From the NCBI GenBank assembly GCA_963555825.3, contig CAUVXB020000001.1:62610-126609 (forward strand): a stretch of DNA of 64,000 bases, written 5' to 3'. This DNA comes from Alphaproteobacteria bacterium. Lineage in GTDB: Bacteria > Pseudomonadota > Alphaproteobacteria > JAAXGF01. Numbering within the stretch: position 1 is the stretch's first letter; the number at the start of each line of letters is the position of its first letter. The notes under the pieces were generated by a model that did no database searches, was not told the origin of the DNA, and saw only the letters and a list, made by a program, of their open reading frames with translations. This document shows positions 1-8,078 of this stretch, in pieces. Made by a program: the position numbers and the translations under genes.

Positions 1-654
1 GATCACGTCCGCTACCTGTTGAGACTCGCCGAGCTCGAGCTGATCGACCGCGAGCGCCGCATGGTCGAGCGGCGCATCAAGGCGGCGCGCTTCCCCGTGG
101 TCAAGAGCCTCGACAGCTTCGACTTCAAGGTCATCCCCTCGCTCAACAAGGCGCTGGTCCTGGAGCTGGCCCGCTGCGAGTACATCGAGCGCCGCGAGAA
201 CCTCATCGCGCTCGGCAACAGTGGGACCGGCAAGACCCACATCGCCCTCGGTCTCGGCCTGGCGGCCTGCCAGAAGGGCCTCTCGGTCGGCTTCATCACC
301 GCCGCCGCGCTGGTCCACGAACTCATCGAGGCCCGCGATGACAAGCAGCTGCTGAGGTTCCAGAAGAAGCTCGCCACCTACAAGCTTCTGATCGTCGACG
401 AACTCGGCTTCGTGCCGCTGTCGAAGACCGGCGCCGAGCTGTTGTTCGAGGTGTTCAGCCAACGCTACGAGCGGGGCTCGACCCTGGTCACCACCAATCT
501 GCCCTTCGACGAATGGACCGAGGTGTTCGGCTCCGAGCGCCTCACCGGCGCGCTCCTCGATCGCCTCACCCACCACGTCAACATCCTCGAGATGAACGGT
601 GACAGCTACAGGCTCAACCAGAGCCGCAGGCGTCAAACCCCGACTGCTAACTGA
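1..654 (+). CDS. istB: IS21-family helper ATPase IstB (5'-partial)
   Basis: Walker A GNSGTGKTH, Walker B LLIVDELG, and the TTNLPFDEW and DRLTHH motifs. The frame is open back to base 1, so the track start at 19 is an internal TTG. Confidence 0.9.
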   Translation, partial: DHVRYLLRLAELELIDRERRMVERRIKAARFPVVKSLDSFDFKVIPSLNKALVLELARCEYIERRENLIALGNSGTGKTHIALGLGLAACQKGLSVGFITAAALVHELIEARDDKQLLRFQKKLATYKLLIVDELGFVPLSKTGAELLFEVFSQRYERGSTLVTTNLPFDEWTEVFGSERLTGALLDRLTHHVNILEMNGDSYRLNQSRRRQTPTAN

Positions 655-845
655 ACCGACCACCCAGCCCACGCTTGACCCCGTGGGCCCACAGGTCCCT
701 CCCGCGCGCGCCGCCGCGTCAGCCTGTTGAGGGCACGCCGCGTCGCGCGCGGGGCCCTCCCGTGGACTACGGGGACAAGCCCGCAGCCGCCAAGCGGTCC
801 CTTCTTACACCGCCGAGGTGGTCCCTTTTTGCTCCGCCATTGACA
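1..845 (+). mobile_element. Right-hand portion of an IS21-family element (istB plus terminal region); the left part lies outside the window
   Basis: The IstB ORF is followed by about 190 bp of non-coding tail. The tail has three GGTCCCT copies (694-700, 796-802, 820-826) and ends ...TGACA at 845. A cupin ORF lacking its N-terminus continues from there. Confidence 0.75.
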
Positions 846-1106
846 AACTTCCTCAACAACGTCTCGGTGCCTTGGAAGCTGACCTGCGACGAGCTCATCT
901 ACTGTCATCAAGGGACCTTCCGTCTGATGTGCGACGGCGAAGCCTACGTCCTCAATCCGGGCGATATGATGCTCGTTCCCAAGGACAACGAGATCGCTTA
1001 CGAGGCCGACGGCAAGTGCGTCATCTTCTACGCGGCAAGCCCCGTCGATCGGAAGCAGCGGGCGGGGATCACCGAAGTGCCGGGCATCGATCCAGAGGAC
1101 ATGTGA
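846..1106 (+). pseudogene. Cupin-domain protein (EutQ-like), 5'-truncated by the IS21 end
   Basis: The C-terminal 87 codons read ...CHQGTFRLMCDGEAYVLNPGDMMLVPKDNEIAYEADGKCVIFYA, a cupin beta-barrel pattern. The upstream part of the ORF is IS21 tail read-through. Confidence 0.55.
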
Positions 1107-1208
1107 TCCGACGTTTCCCCGCCATGCCCTCGACCGACCGTAATCGGCTGCATGTTCGGCGCGCCCGCGCGGAAGAGGGAATTCGTCGATTGAATTGGCG
1201 CGGGCCGG

Positions 1209-2713
1209 CTATCGACCGGTTGGATCGGGCGCGCCTTCCCAAGCTTCGTAGGCGGCGGGAAAGACGTCTTCGACAGGCTCGTTTTCAGGCCAGTAATCGG
1301 CGAACCGAGCCCACGCGCGATCGGTCGAGCGGCGCACTTCGGCGAGCAGCCTTTCCTCATCCCAAACCGTGAGGCGCCCGTCTTCGACCAGCATGCGGCC
1401 TTGGACCATGACATGCTTCACCACTTCACCATCGCAGCTCTGGATCAACGCCTTGATGGGGTCGAGGAACGGCCCTGAGCGCAGTCGCCCGAAATCGCAG
1501 ACGACGCGATGTCGGCCTGCGCGCCCGGCGCCAGACGGCCCAAATCGGGCCGGTCGAGCGCACGAGCGCCCGCCAGAGTGGCGGCGTCGAAGATGTCGCG
1601 TGTCGACGCGTGTTCTTGATCGTGATCGGCGACCTTGCCCATCAGCGCGGCGAACTTGAGCTCGCCAAGGATGTCTTGGGGATAGCTGTCGGTGCCGATG
1701 GCCAGGTTGACGCCGGCGTCGCGATAGCGCTGGAGCGACTCGAGGAAGAGGCCACGCCGGGCAAACACCAGCGGGCAGTGAGCGACCGTCGCACCACTCG
1801 ATGCGAGCTTGGCCAGATCGTCGCCGTAGGGAAATGCGATCTGGCTGTGACCGGAGGTGTAGAGGACGTGGCCGAGCACGACCTCCGGCCCCAGAAAATC
1901 GAGATCATGCAGCATGGAGACCGGCGTGCGGCCGGTCTCACGGATCGAATCCTGGACCTCGATAATCGATTCGGCGCAATGCGTGGTAATGCCGACGCCT
2001 AAGTCCTTGGCTGCCTCCTTGGTGCGGCGCAGCAGCTCGTGGGTGGTCGCGTGGTATTCGAGCGGGACCAAGATGCCACGGAACCGGCCGCCGAATGCCC
2101 CGTCGTATTGTCGGATGAACGCGACCGCTCTCTCCAGACCCCTGAGGCCCGCTGCTTCATCCCACTGCATGCGATGGCGTCCGCCCTGGTCGAAGTAATG
2201 GTGAGCCGAGGCGTAACCGGGCGAGGTGTAGAGGCGGATACCGAGTTCGCCGGCCAACTCCACCATCGGCCCCATGCCGTCGCTCGCGGCGCCGCCACCG
2301 AGCTCGCCGCCCATGTCGACCACGGTGGTGGCGCCGCATTTCAGAAGCGACGCGAGACTGAAGCGGATACCGGCCTCCGGTGTCTCGTGGTCGTGAATGG
2401 TTGGGCCATTGACGCCCTTGGCGGTGCAGTAGTTCAGGAAGCCGGACCGGAAGAGGTCGCGACGGCCGCCGTCGAACACCATGCGATCGCCGGCATGCGC
2501 CCCGACATGACAGTGCATGTTGATGAGACCCGGTATGACGAGATCGTGTCGGGCGTCGATCTCGTTGTCTGCCTTGCCACGCCAGGTTTTGCCGACGTGC
2601 TCGATAATGTCGCCACGAACGACGACCACGCCGTCTTTGATGATGCGATGCTTCGCGCCGTCGAAACCGACGATCCAGCCACCGTGAATCACCGTAACGT
2701 CACCGCCCGACAT
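1209..2713 (-). pseudogene. Amidohydrolase (chlorohydrolase/deaminase TRZ/ATZ-type) with a frame disruption near 1505-1509
   Basis: N-terminal INMHCHVGAH metal motif. Start at ATG 2713 with GGAGA upstream. The 428-aa frame dies in ...AQADIASSAISGDCAQ. The expected continuation, VVCDFGRLRSGPFLDPIKALIQSCDGEVVKHVMVQGRMLVEDGRL, is in the next frame (ORF 1209..1448). Confidence 0.8.
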
Positions 2714-2837
2714 ATATCGTCTCCATGGCAAGGGTTGCGGCAGAAGATGCCAGTGAACTCGACCGCCGACCCTCCCTTAGAGTCCATCGCGCGCAGAAAT
2801 GCTAGCCCGTTGGGTCGGTCACCACGGGCCGACCGCG

Positions 2838-3134
2838 CTATGCGTTGACCGGCGGCTCGTGCGGCAGTCGGCTCAGCACGTCGCGGCCGTCTTCGGTGAT
2901 GACCAGCGTGTGGCCAGTCGACATCGCGACGCCGGAGTCGGCACCCGTGTACATGGCGTGCAGGAAGAACACCATGCCGGGCGCCGCGATCAGCGGGTTG
3001 CCCGAATAGAGCATCGGCGGCACGTCCATCCAGGTCGGACGGTAGGTCGCGCCCGGCGCATAGCCGCAGGCGGCAAAGCGGTGCACCGTCCGGCTCGCCT
3101 CGTCGAACACCCGGCGGTGGAGGTCAATGGGGGA
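2838..3134 (-). pseudogene. C-terminal fragment of an M24 Xaa-Pro peptidase/creatinase-type gene
   Basis: ...PGMVFFLHAMYTGADSGVAMSTGHTLVITEDGRDVLS is a typical M24 C-terminus. There is no N-terminal or central part here. The matching N-terminal fragment is at 10815-11178. Confidence 0.7.
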
Positions 3135-3863
3135 TCACGAAACCGGACATTCCGCCGCCGGCCGTTTTTGAAGGACAACGTTGGTCGTCACCAATTCGGG
3201 CTGATCGTCGCCGGCCAGTTCCGTAAGACCTATCTTGATGTTTAGCGGGTTGGCGCACCAAGCAGTAACAAACGCATCCTCGGCAGCGCCGCCGCTGCCT
3301 TTGGCGAGATTGAGAACGACCATGCCAGGTTGGCTGCTCCAGTCGGCGACAACATGGACGGGTATCTTGTCGTGTTCTTCGATCGTGGCGCTGAAGGCCT
3401 CCTCCACGCGGTTGAACTTGGGATAGGCGCGGCCAAGCCTGACTGGCGCCCGCAGTACGACGGGCGCGGCAAAGCCATCGATCTGATCGGTTGCGATCTG
3501 AAACTTGGCTTGGTTCGCCGCAGAATAGAAGACAACCGTCTCAGGCGCCCAAGAGAAGTACCGTCGGCCGTCGCGACTCAGCTGGTAGGAAACCCCGACA
3601 CGCAAGGCGGCGCCGTCGAATTCCGCCGCGTCGAGGTCGGTGGGCAGTGTGACTAGTGTCGCGGCCTCGAACCATTGCCCAAGAAGCCGATTTGCGATGT
3701 CCATCTCCACCTCTGGCAGCATCTCGCCTGTGGTGGTGGTGAGTTCGACGGCGATTTTCTCGTCGCGCGCGGCCGCCGGCATCGGCGTGGCCAACTCGAC
3801 CCCGCAATTTTGCCATCGCGATATTGACGAAACGGGGCAAATGAGGGCGCAAGGCGATCGCAT
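3135..3863 (-). CDS. Hypothetical protein; probably the C-terminal continuation of the upstream lipoprotein after a frame change near 3800
   Basis: Protein-like composition begins about at VELATPMPAAARDEKIAVELTTTTGEML. The upstream ORF becomes Arg/His-rich junk at the same point. There is no convincing independent start or RBS. Confidence 0.5.
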   Translation of the reverse strand: MRSPCALICPVSSISRWQNCGVELATPMPAAARDEKIAVELTTTTGEMLPEVEMDIANRLLGQWFEAATLVTLPTDLDAAEFDGAALRVGVSYQLSRDGRRYFSWAPETVVFYSAANQAKFQIATDQIDGFAAPVVLRAPVRLGRAYPKFNRVEEAFSATIEEHDKIPVHVVADWSSQPGMVVLNLAKGSGGAAEDAFVTAWCANPLNIKIGLTELAGDDQPELVTTNVVLQKRPAAECPVS

Positions 3864-6237
3864 CGGTCGCCTCGGGTGAACCGGCGCAGGGCTGCCCGTC
3901 TACGGTGTCAACGATCTCGATCGGATACCTGCCCGGTCCGAAACTCGTCCAAACGATCATCTCGGCCGGAGCCACACGGTCGGGCGTACGCGGCAGACTG
4001 TTCATGTCGAAGGTGACGGCAAGGCCGCGCATGTCTGGAAGCACCCGGAGTCCTTCGTGGCGCTTGCCGCGTAGATAGACCTCTGAACCGCGCCACAAAT
4101 TTCGTCCCTTGATGAGGAATTCAATTCGGCCTGCGCAAGCGGAAACCGGATTTGGAATGACCTCGGTGATCGTTGTCGACTCGAAGCCCGAAGGCAAGAG
4201 CCCGTCAGCGATGAAACCGGTCAACGTCGCCGTTGCGCGCTGCTGCGGCCTGAGGCGCAACGAAATCTGCCGTCCACCATCCGGTTGCATGTTGTTGAGA
4301 ATGCCCGTCCCTTGATGCCAGTTTCCGGCCCAAGCGGTGCGTATTTTCAACAGCATTTCTGGCCACCAGCCTGGCACCGAGACATCGGCATAGACGGGGT
4401 GGTTGGCAGAGATTTGGCGATAGACAAGCTGGTTCTCCTCGGGTTCCAAGATCGCCTTGGGCCCGAACACGTAACCAAATCGCGCCGTGGAGTCGGCGTC
4501 CTGCGTCAAACTCTGCCGATCGGTGTAGCCGATCACCAGGGGGGTACGCTCGATGGCTTCGGCGAGTCCGACGGCGGTGCGCGACGCCGCCGCACCGGCA
4601 TTGATGCCGAGACCTTGGGTCGGCAGTGTCGCCGCCAAGGAAAAGGCGAGCTGCATGGAATTCGCGGCGCTAGCCAGCGTCGACAATCGCTGGACCCGCT
4701 CGGTCGGCTGGGCCTGATAAGTATAGGGTTGCCCCCGCCAGCGGCATTCCGTGCCGTTGTGCCAAACTACGGTATCTACGAATGAACTCGGAACTGGAAG
4801 GGCTTCGATTTCCTTCCAGCAGCCAGGTGCCTGGACCCCAGCAGTCTGTGGTGCCTGATCCACAGCGGTTGAGGTGCCTTGTTCGCGAAGATCTCGCGCC
4901 CCGTAGGCCGCTTTGGAAAGCTGCGCCGCGAGCGCCCTTAAGTCATGCGATAATTCGATTTCGCCGGCGCCGCCGTCCCGCAGCAGCTCTGATCGATAAG
5001 AGGAAAGGAAGACCTCAATCGCGCTAAGTGACGGAAAAGTTTCAATTAGATTTTTCGACAGCGCGCCCGGATCATAGGTGATTGTTTCGCCGCTGTCGTT
5101 TTTCGCACATTTGTCACCCAACTCACGTGACATTGCCGACGCTTCCAACGCTTCGGCGATACATGGATTGTCAATTGCCTCGCGTACGATGTCTTGGTGG
5201 CCGGGGTACGTGAACAGGATCAGGTCATTCAAGCCCTTTTGTGTGTATACGGGATGTTCGAGCGGCACGTAGTCCATCAATTCATTTTGCAGCATTACCG
5301 TCTGCAATCGTTCCCATTCGACGGGATTGCCGGCGCTCTGCTCCTCGACGCCCCGGCGCATGAGGGAGACCAGCCAATCCAGGTAAAGCCGCGATACCTG
5401 GTCGGCGCGGGCTTCGGCGGACGCGATCTCGAGGTCGAGGACGCCGAACTTGTTCTTGACCGCCCCGGGCAGCACGGTCGCGGTGAACTGAAGGCGATAG
5501 AGGGCGTTTCCGTTCGCATCGTGGACATCGTCGAGCCCGACCTCGGTCAAGCGCTGGCGAATGCGGGCACGGTAGGCGTTTAGGTCCTCGAAATGCTCTT
5601 CGGGCGAAGACTCGAGGGACGACGAGCGGGCCCGCGGCCCTTTCCCGGGTTCGGGTGTCAGGCTGGCGACCAGATCGTTGGCCTTCTTCGCGGCCTCGGC
5701 CAGCCGAGTCTCGATGCTTGTGGTGTTGGGGTCGGTTATCGCCGTCGGCGTGCCCATATTCGCATTGGTCGGATTTAATGCAGCGTTCGACGGATCGGTC
5801 TGCCGCAGCTTGTTGAGCTCGTCGATTTCGTTCTGGAGCTTGATCAGCTCGATTTCGGCGCGCGCGGATTCGATGTCCTCGCGGCGCGCGAAATCACGGC
5901 CGATTGCCGGGTTGAACGAGATACCCAGCTGCCCGGCAAACGCCTCGATCACGGAAAGATCCCGCCTGATCTGAGGCTCGAAGGTCTGCGAGACGCTTTC
6001 CTGGAGCATGAATTCGAGGTGGCGTACTTCACGCAGGCGATCGTTGATCAGCGTCTCGCGGGAAATCACTTGAGGATCGCCTACCAGAATTGCGGCCGCG
6101 GTCTGGGCCGATTTCTCGTCGACTTTGCCGATCGAAAAATCGGCGTAAGGGTTGTCTTCGAATACCGAGCAGGCGGTCAGCGCCACCATGGTCGCCGCGA
6201 GCAGGACGCGCCGGGCGGAATGTCCGATTGATGTCAT
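3541..6237 (-). CDS. Large lipoprotein of unknown function; the real coding frame probably leaves this ORF near 3800
   Basis: ATG 6237 is preceded by GAGGGGAG. Signal peptide plus lipobox: MTSIGHSARRVLLAATMVALTAC. A coiled-coil-like stretch reads ARAEIELIKLQNEIDELNKLRQ. I recognise no family motif. The last 85 or so codons (GRVGHADAGGRARRENRRRTHHHH...) look out of frame. Confidence 0.7.
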   Translation of the reverse strand: MTSIGHSARRVLLAATMVALTACSVFEDNPYADFSIGKVDEKSAQTAAAILVGDPQVISRETLINDRLREVRHLEFMLQESVSQTFEPQIRRDLSVIEAFAGQLGISFNPAIGRDFARREDIESARAEIELIKLQNEIDELNKLRQTDPSNAALNPTNANMGTPTAITDPNTTSIETRLAEAAKKANDLVASLTPEPGKGPRARSSSLESSPEEHFEDLNAYRARIRQRLTEVGLDDVHDANGNALYRLQFTATVLPGAVKNKFGVLDLEIASAEARADQVSRLYLDWLVSLMRRGVEEQSAGNPVEWERLQTVMLQNELMDYVPLEHPVYTQKGLNDLILFTYPGHQDIVREAIDNPCIAEALEASAMSRELGDKCAKNDSGETITYDPGALSKNLIETFPSLSAIEVFLSSYRSELLRDGGAGEIELSHDLRALAAQLSKAAYGARDLREQGTSTAVDQAPQTAGVQAPGCWKEIEALPVPSSFVDTVVWHNGTECRWRGQPYTYQAQPTERVQRLSTLASAANSMQLAFSLAATLPTQGLGINAGAAASRTAVGLAEAIERTPLVIGYTDRQSLTQDADSTARFGYVFGPKAILEPEENQLVYRQISANHPVYADVSVPGWWPEMLLKIRTAWAGNWHQGTGILNNMQPDGGRQISLRLRPQQRATATLTGFIADGLLPSGFESTTITEVIPNPVSACAGRIEFLIKGRNLWRGSEVYLRGKRHEGLRVLPDMRGLAVTFDMNSLPRTPDRVAPAEMIVWTSFGPGRYPIEIVDTVDGQPCAGSPEATDAIALRPHLPRFVNIAMAKLRGRVGHADAGGRARRENRRRTHHHHRRDAARGGDGHRKSASWAMVRGRDTSHTAHRPRRGGIRRRRLACRGFLPAESRRPTVLLLGA

Positions 6238-6336
6238 TGTCCGTCTCCCCTCGTTAGGCAGCGTTCCCGGGCACAACGATCCTACCCGAGAGCGCTCCAA
6301 TGTGTCCCAATTCGGCTGGTCATCGGTCCATCGCGG

Positions 6337-6662
6337 TCAGACGCGCTTCAAAATTGAGACGTCGAGGAGTTCGAGGACCTTGTTGATATCGATCGCATAG
6401 GTCCAGTCTTCCTGCATGCGTCCCGTTCGAAGCTGTTCCTTCCATCCGCCCCAGAGCAAGGCGACGGGTCGGAAGGTCCCATCGTCCATTACGATGAGTT
6501 TACCGCTGTCGCCATGATCGCTAAACTGTTCGTCGTTTTCCTCGTCACCGATTATGAGGTAGTCGGTGTACTTTCTCTCGTCGTCGAAATCCCACTCAGA
6601 ATCGTACCAGGAATACGCGAATGCAGCGATGTGAGCTGGTCCCAGAAAATCGGACAGGGAGC
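6337..6662 (-). pseudogene. C-terminal fragment of a trypsin-like serine protease (carries the GDSG serine)
   Basis: ...SDHGDSGKLIVMDDGTFRPVALLWGG is the chymotrypsin-fold catalytic Ser motif. The N-terminus is cut off by the IS3 end at about 6663. Confidence 0.75.
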
Positions 6663-6683
6663 TAAGGTGTATTCCACCGGCTA

Positions 6684-6980
6684 ATGGAGGAATACGGGAT
6701 GACGGCACGACGACGGTTTACGGCGAAGTTCAAGGCCCGGGTGGCGCTGGAAGCGCTGCGGGGCGACAAGACGATCCAGGAGCTCGCGGCCAAGCACAAG
6801 GTGCATCCGAACCAGGTGAGCACATGGAAGCGCCAGGCGGTGGACGGTCTTGGCGAGGTATTCTCGAACGGCGTGGACCGCGCCCGTCGGGATCATGAAT
6901 CAGAGATCCACGGCCTCCATGCCAAGATCGGTGAGCTGACGGTGGAACGGGATTTTTTGGCCGGCGGGCTCAAGCGATGA
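6684..6980 (+). CDS. IS3-family transposase OrfA (HTH)
   Basis: RRRFTAKFKARVALEALRGDKTIQELAAKHKVHPNQVSTWKRQ is a typical IS3 OrfA. Confidence 0.9.
   Translation: MEEYGMTARRRFTAKFKARVALEALRGDKTIQELAAKHKVHPNQVSTWKRQAVDGLGEVFSNGVDRARRDHESEIHGLHAKIGELTVERDFLAGGLKR
6953..6959 (+). promoter_or_regulatory. Candidate -1 programmed frameshift heptamer T TTT TTG joining OrfA to OrfB
   Basis: The X XXY YYZ pattern is in the orfA zero frame (gaT TTT TTG). The -1 frame is the orfB frame. It lies 18 nt before the orfA stop. Confidence 0.6.
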
Positions 6981-7906
6981 GCCGGGGGGTGCGCAAGGCG
7001 ATGATCAGGCGTGACGCTGCCGACCTGAGCTTGGGCCGTCAATGCCGCCTGCTTTCGATCAGCCGGTCCGCGTTCTATTACGCGCCGAAGGGCGAGAGCC
7101 CGGAGAACCTGGCGCTGATGCGCCGCATCGACGGGTTGTTCATGAAGCATCCGTTTTACGGCAGCCGTCAGATGGTCCGCCAGTTGCGGCGCGAGGGGAT
7201 CGCGGTGGGCCGTCATCGGGTGCAGCGCTTGATGCGGCTGATGGGCCTCGAGGCGATCTATCAGGCGCCGAGAACCAGCACGCCGCACCCGGCGCACCGG
7301 GTTTATCCCTATCTGCTCAAGGGGTTGGCGATCGAGCGGCCCAATCGGGTCTGGTGCGCCGACATCACCTACATCCCCGTCCAGCACGGCTTCCTGTACT
7401 TGGTCGCGATCATGGACTGGGCGACCCGCCACGTTCTGTCCTGGCGGTTGTCGAACACCATGGACGCCTCTTTCTGCGTCGAGGCGCTGAACGACGCGCT
7501 GGCCCGATACGCCACGCCGGAGATCTTCAACACCGACCAGGGCAGCCAGTTCACCAGCCTCGACTTTACCGGTGTCCTCAGGGACGTGGGTGTCGCGATC
7601 TCAATGGACGGCCGGGGCCGCTGCATGGACAACATCTTCATCGAGCGCCTCTGGCGGTCGCTCAAATACGAGGCGGTCTACCTCCACGAGCTGACCGACG
7701 GTTTTGCGGCCGAACGGGTCATCGGCGAGTGGATCGGCTTCTACAACACAGAGCGGCCCCATTCGTCCCTCGACGGTCAAACGCCGGCGGAAGCCTACGG
7801 CGCCGGGCAGCCTGTGGATATGATGGATAAGTCTGACGGCTTACCCACATCCCCACAGGCTCAACAGCAACAAAAGGATGTGATAAACAGGATTTTGGCA
7901 GCATGA
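6977..7906 (+). CDS. IS3-family transposase OrfB (DDE integrase core)
   Basis: NRVWCADITYIP...LVAIMDWATR...FNTDQGSQFTS...ERLWRSLKYE gives the rve-type DDE pattern. Confidence 0.9.
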   Translation: MSRGVRKAMIRRDAADLSLGRQCRLLSISRSAFYYAPKGESPENLALMRRIDGLFMKHPFYGSRQMVRQLRREGIAVGRHRVQRLMRLMGLEAIYQAPRTSTPHPAHRVYPYLLKGLAIERPNRVWCADITYIPVQHGFLYLVAIMDWATRHVLSWRLSNTMDASFCVEALNDALARYATPEIFNTDQGSQFTSLDFTGVLRDVGVAISMDGRGRCMDNIFIERLWRSLKYEAVYLHELTDGFAAERVIGEWIGFYNTERPHSSLDGQTPAEAYGAGQPVDMMDKSDGLPTSPQAQQQQKDVINRILAA

Positions 7907-7925
7907 TCAGACAGCAGAATACACC

Positions 7926-8078
7926 TTAACCGACATTCCCCAGATGATATCCAAATTCGCGGAAATCGTACCACGGCCCCAACTCCAAGGGAACTCTGTT
8001 CCCATTGCAGCCATCCGATGACATGATTTTGGTAATCGGCCAGCGCGTGGAAGGCCATTTGGTCGTTTCTCTTGCCAT
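7926..8078 (-). CDS. Possible 50-aa ORF in the IS1380 3' tail, reading out through the terminal repeat
   Basis: MARETTKWPSTRWPITKIMSSDGCNGNRVPLELGPWYDFREFGYHLGNVG. The stop codon is supplied by the flanking TTAA. The same frame is conserved in the partial copies at 14444-14593 and about 59160-59300. It could instead be conserved non-coding end sequence. Confidence 0.3.
   Translation of the reverse strand: MARETTKWPSTRWPITKIMSSDGCNGNRVPLELGPWYDFREFGYHLGNVG

Larger units (their letters stand above)
6663..7928 (+). mobile_element. IS3-family insertion sequence (orfA/orfB)
   Basis: Terminal inverted repeats TAAGGTGTATTC (6663-6674) and GAATACACCTTA (7917-7928). Two overlapping transposase ORFs with a slippery site. 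Confidence 0.85.

Noticed and set aside
3541-3800. His-run and Arg-rich C-terminal tail (…RRRTHHHHRRD…) of the 919-aa ORF
   Set aside because: The composition switches abruptly to junk exactly where another frame becomes protein-like. I interpret this as a frame disruption, not a real His-rich tail.
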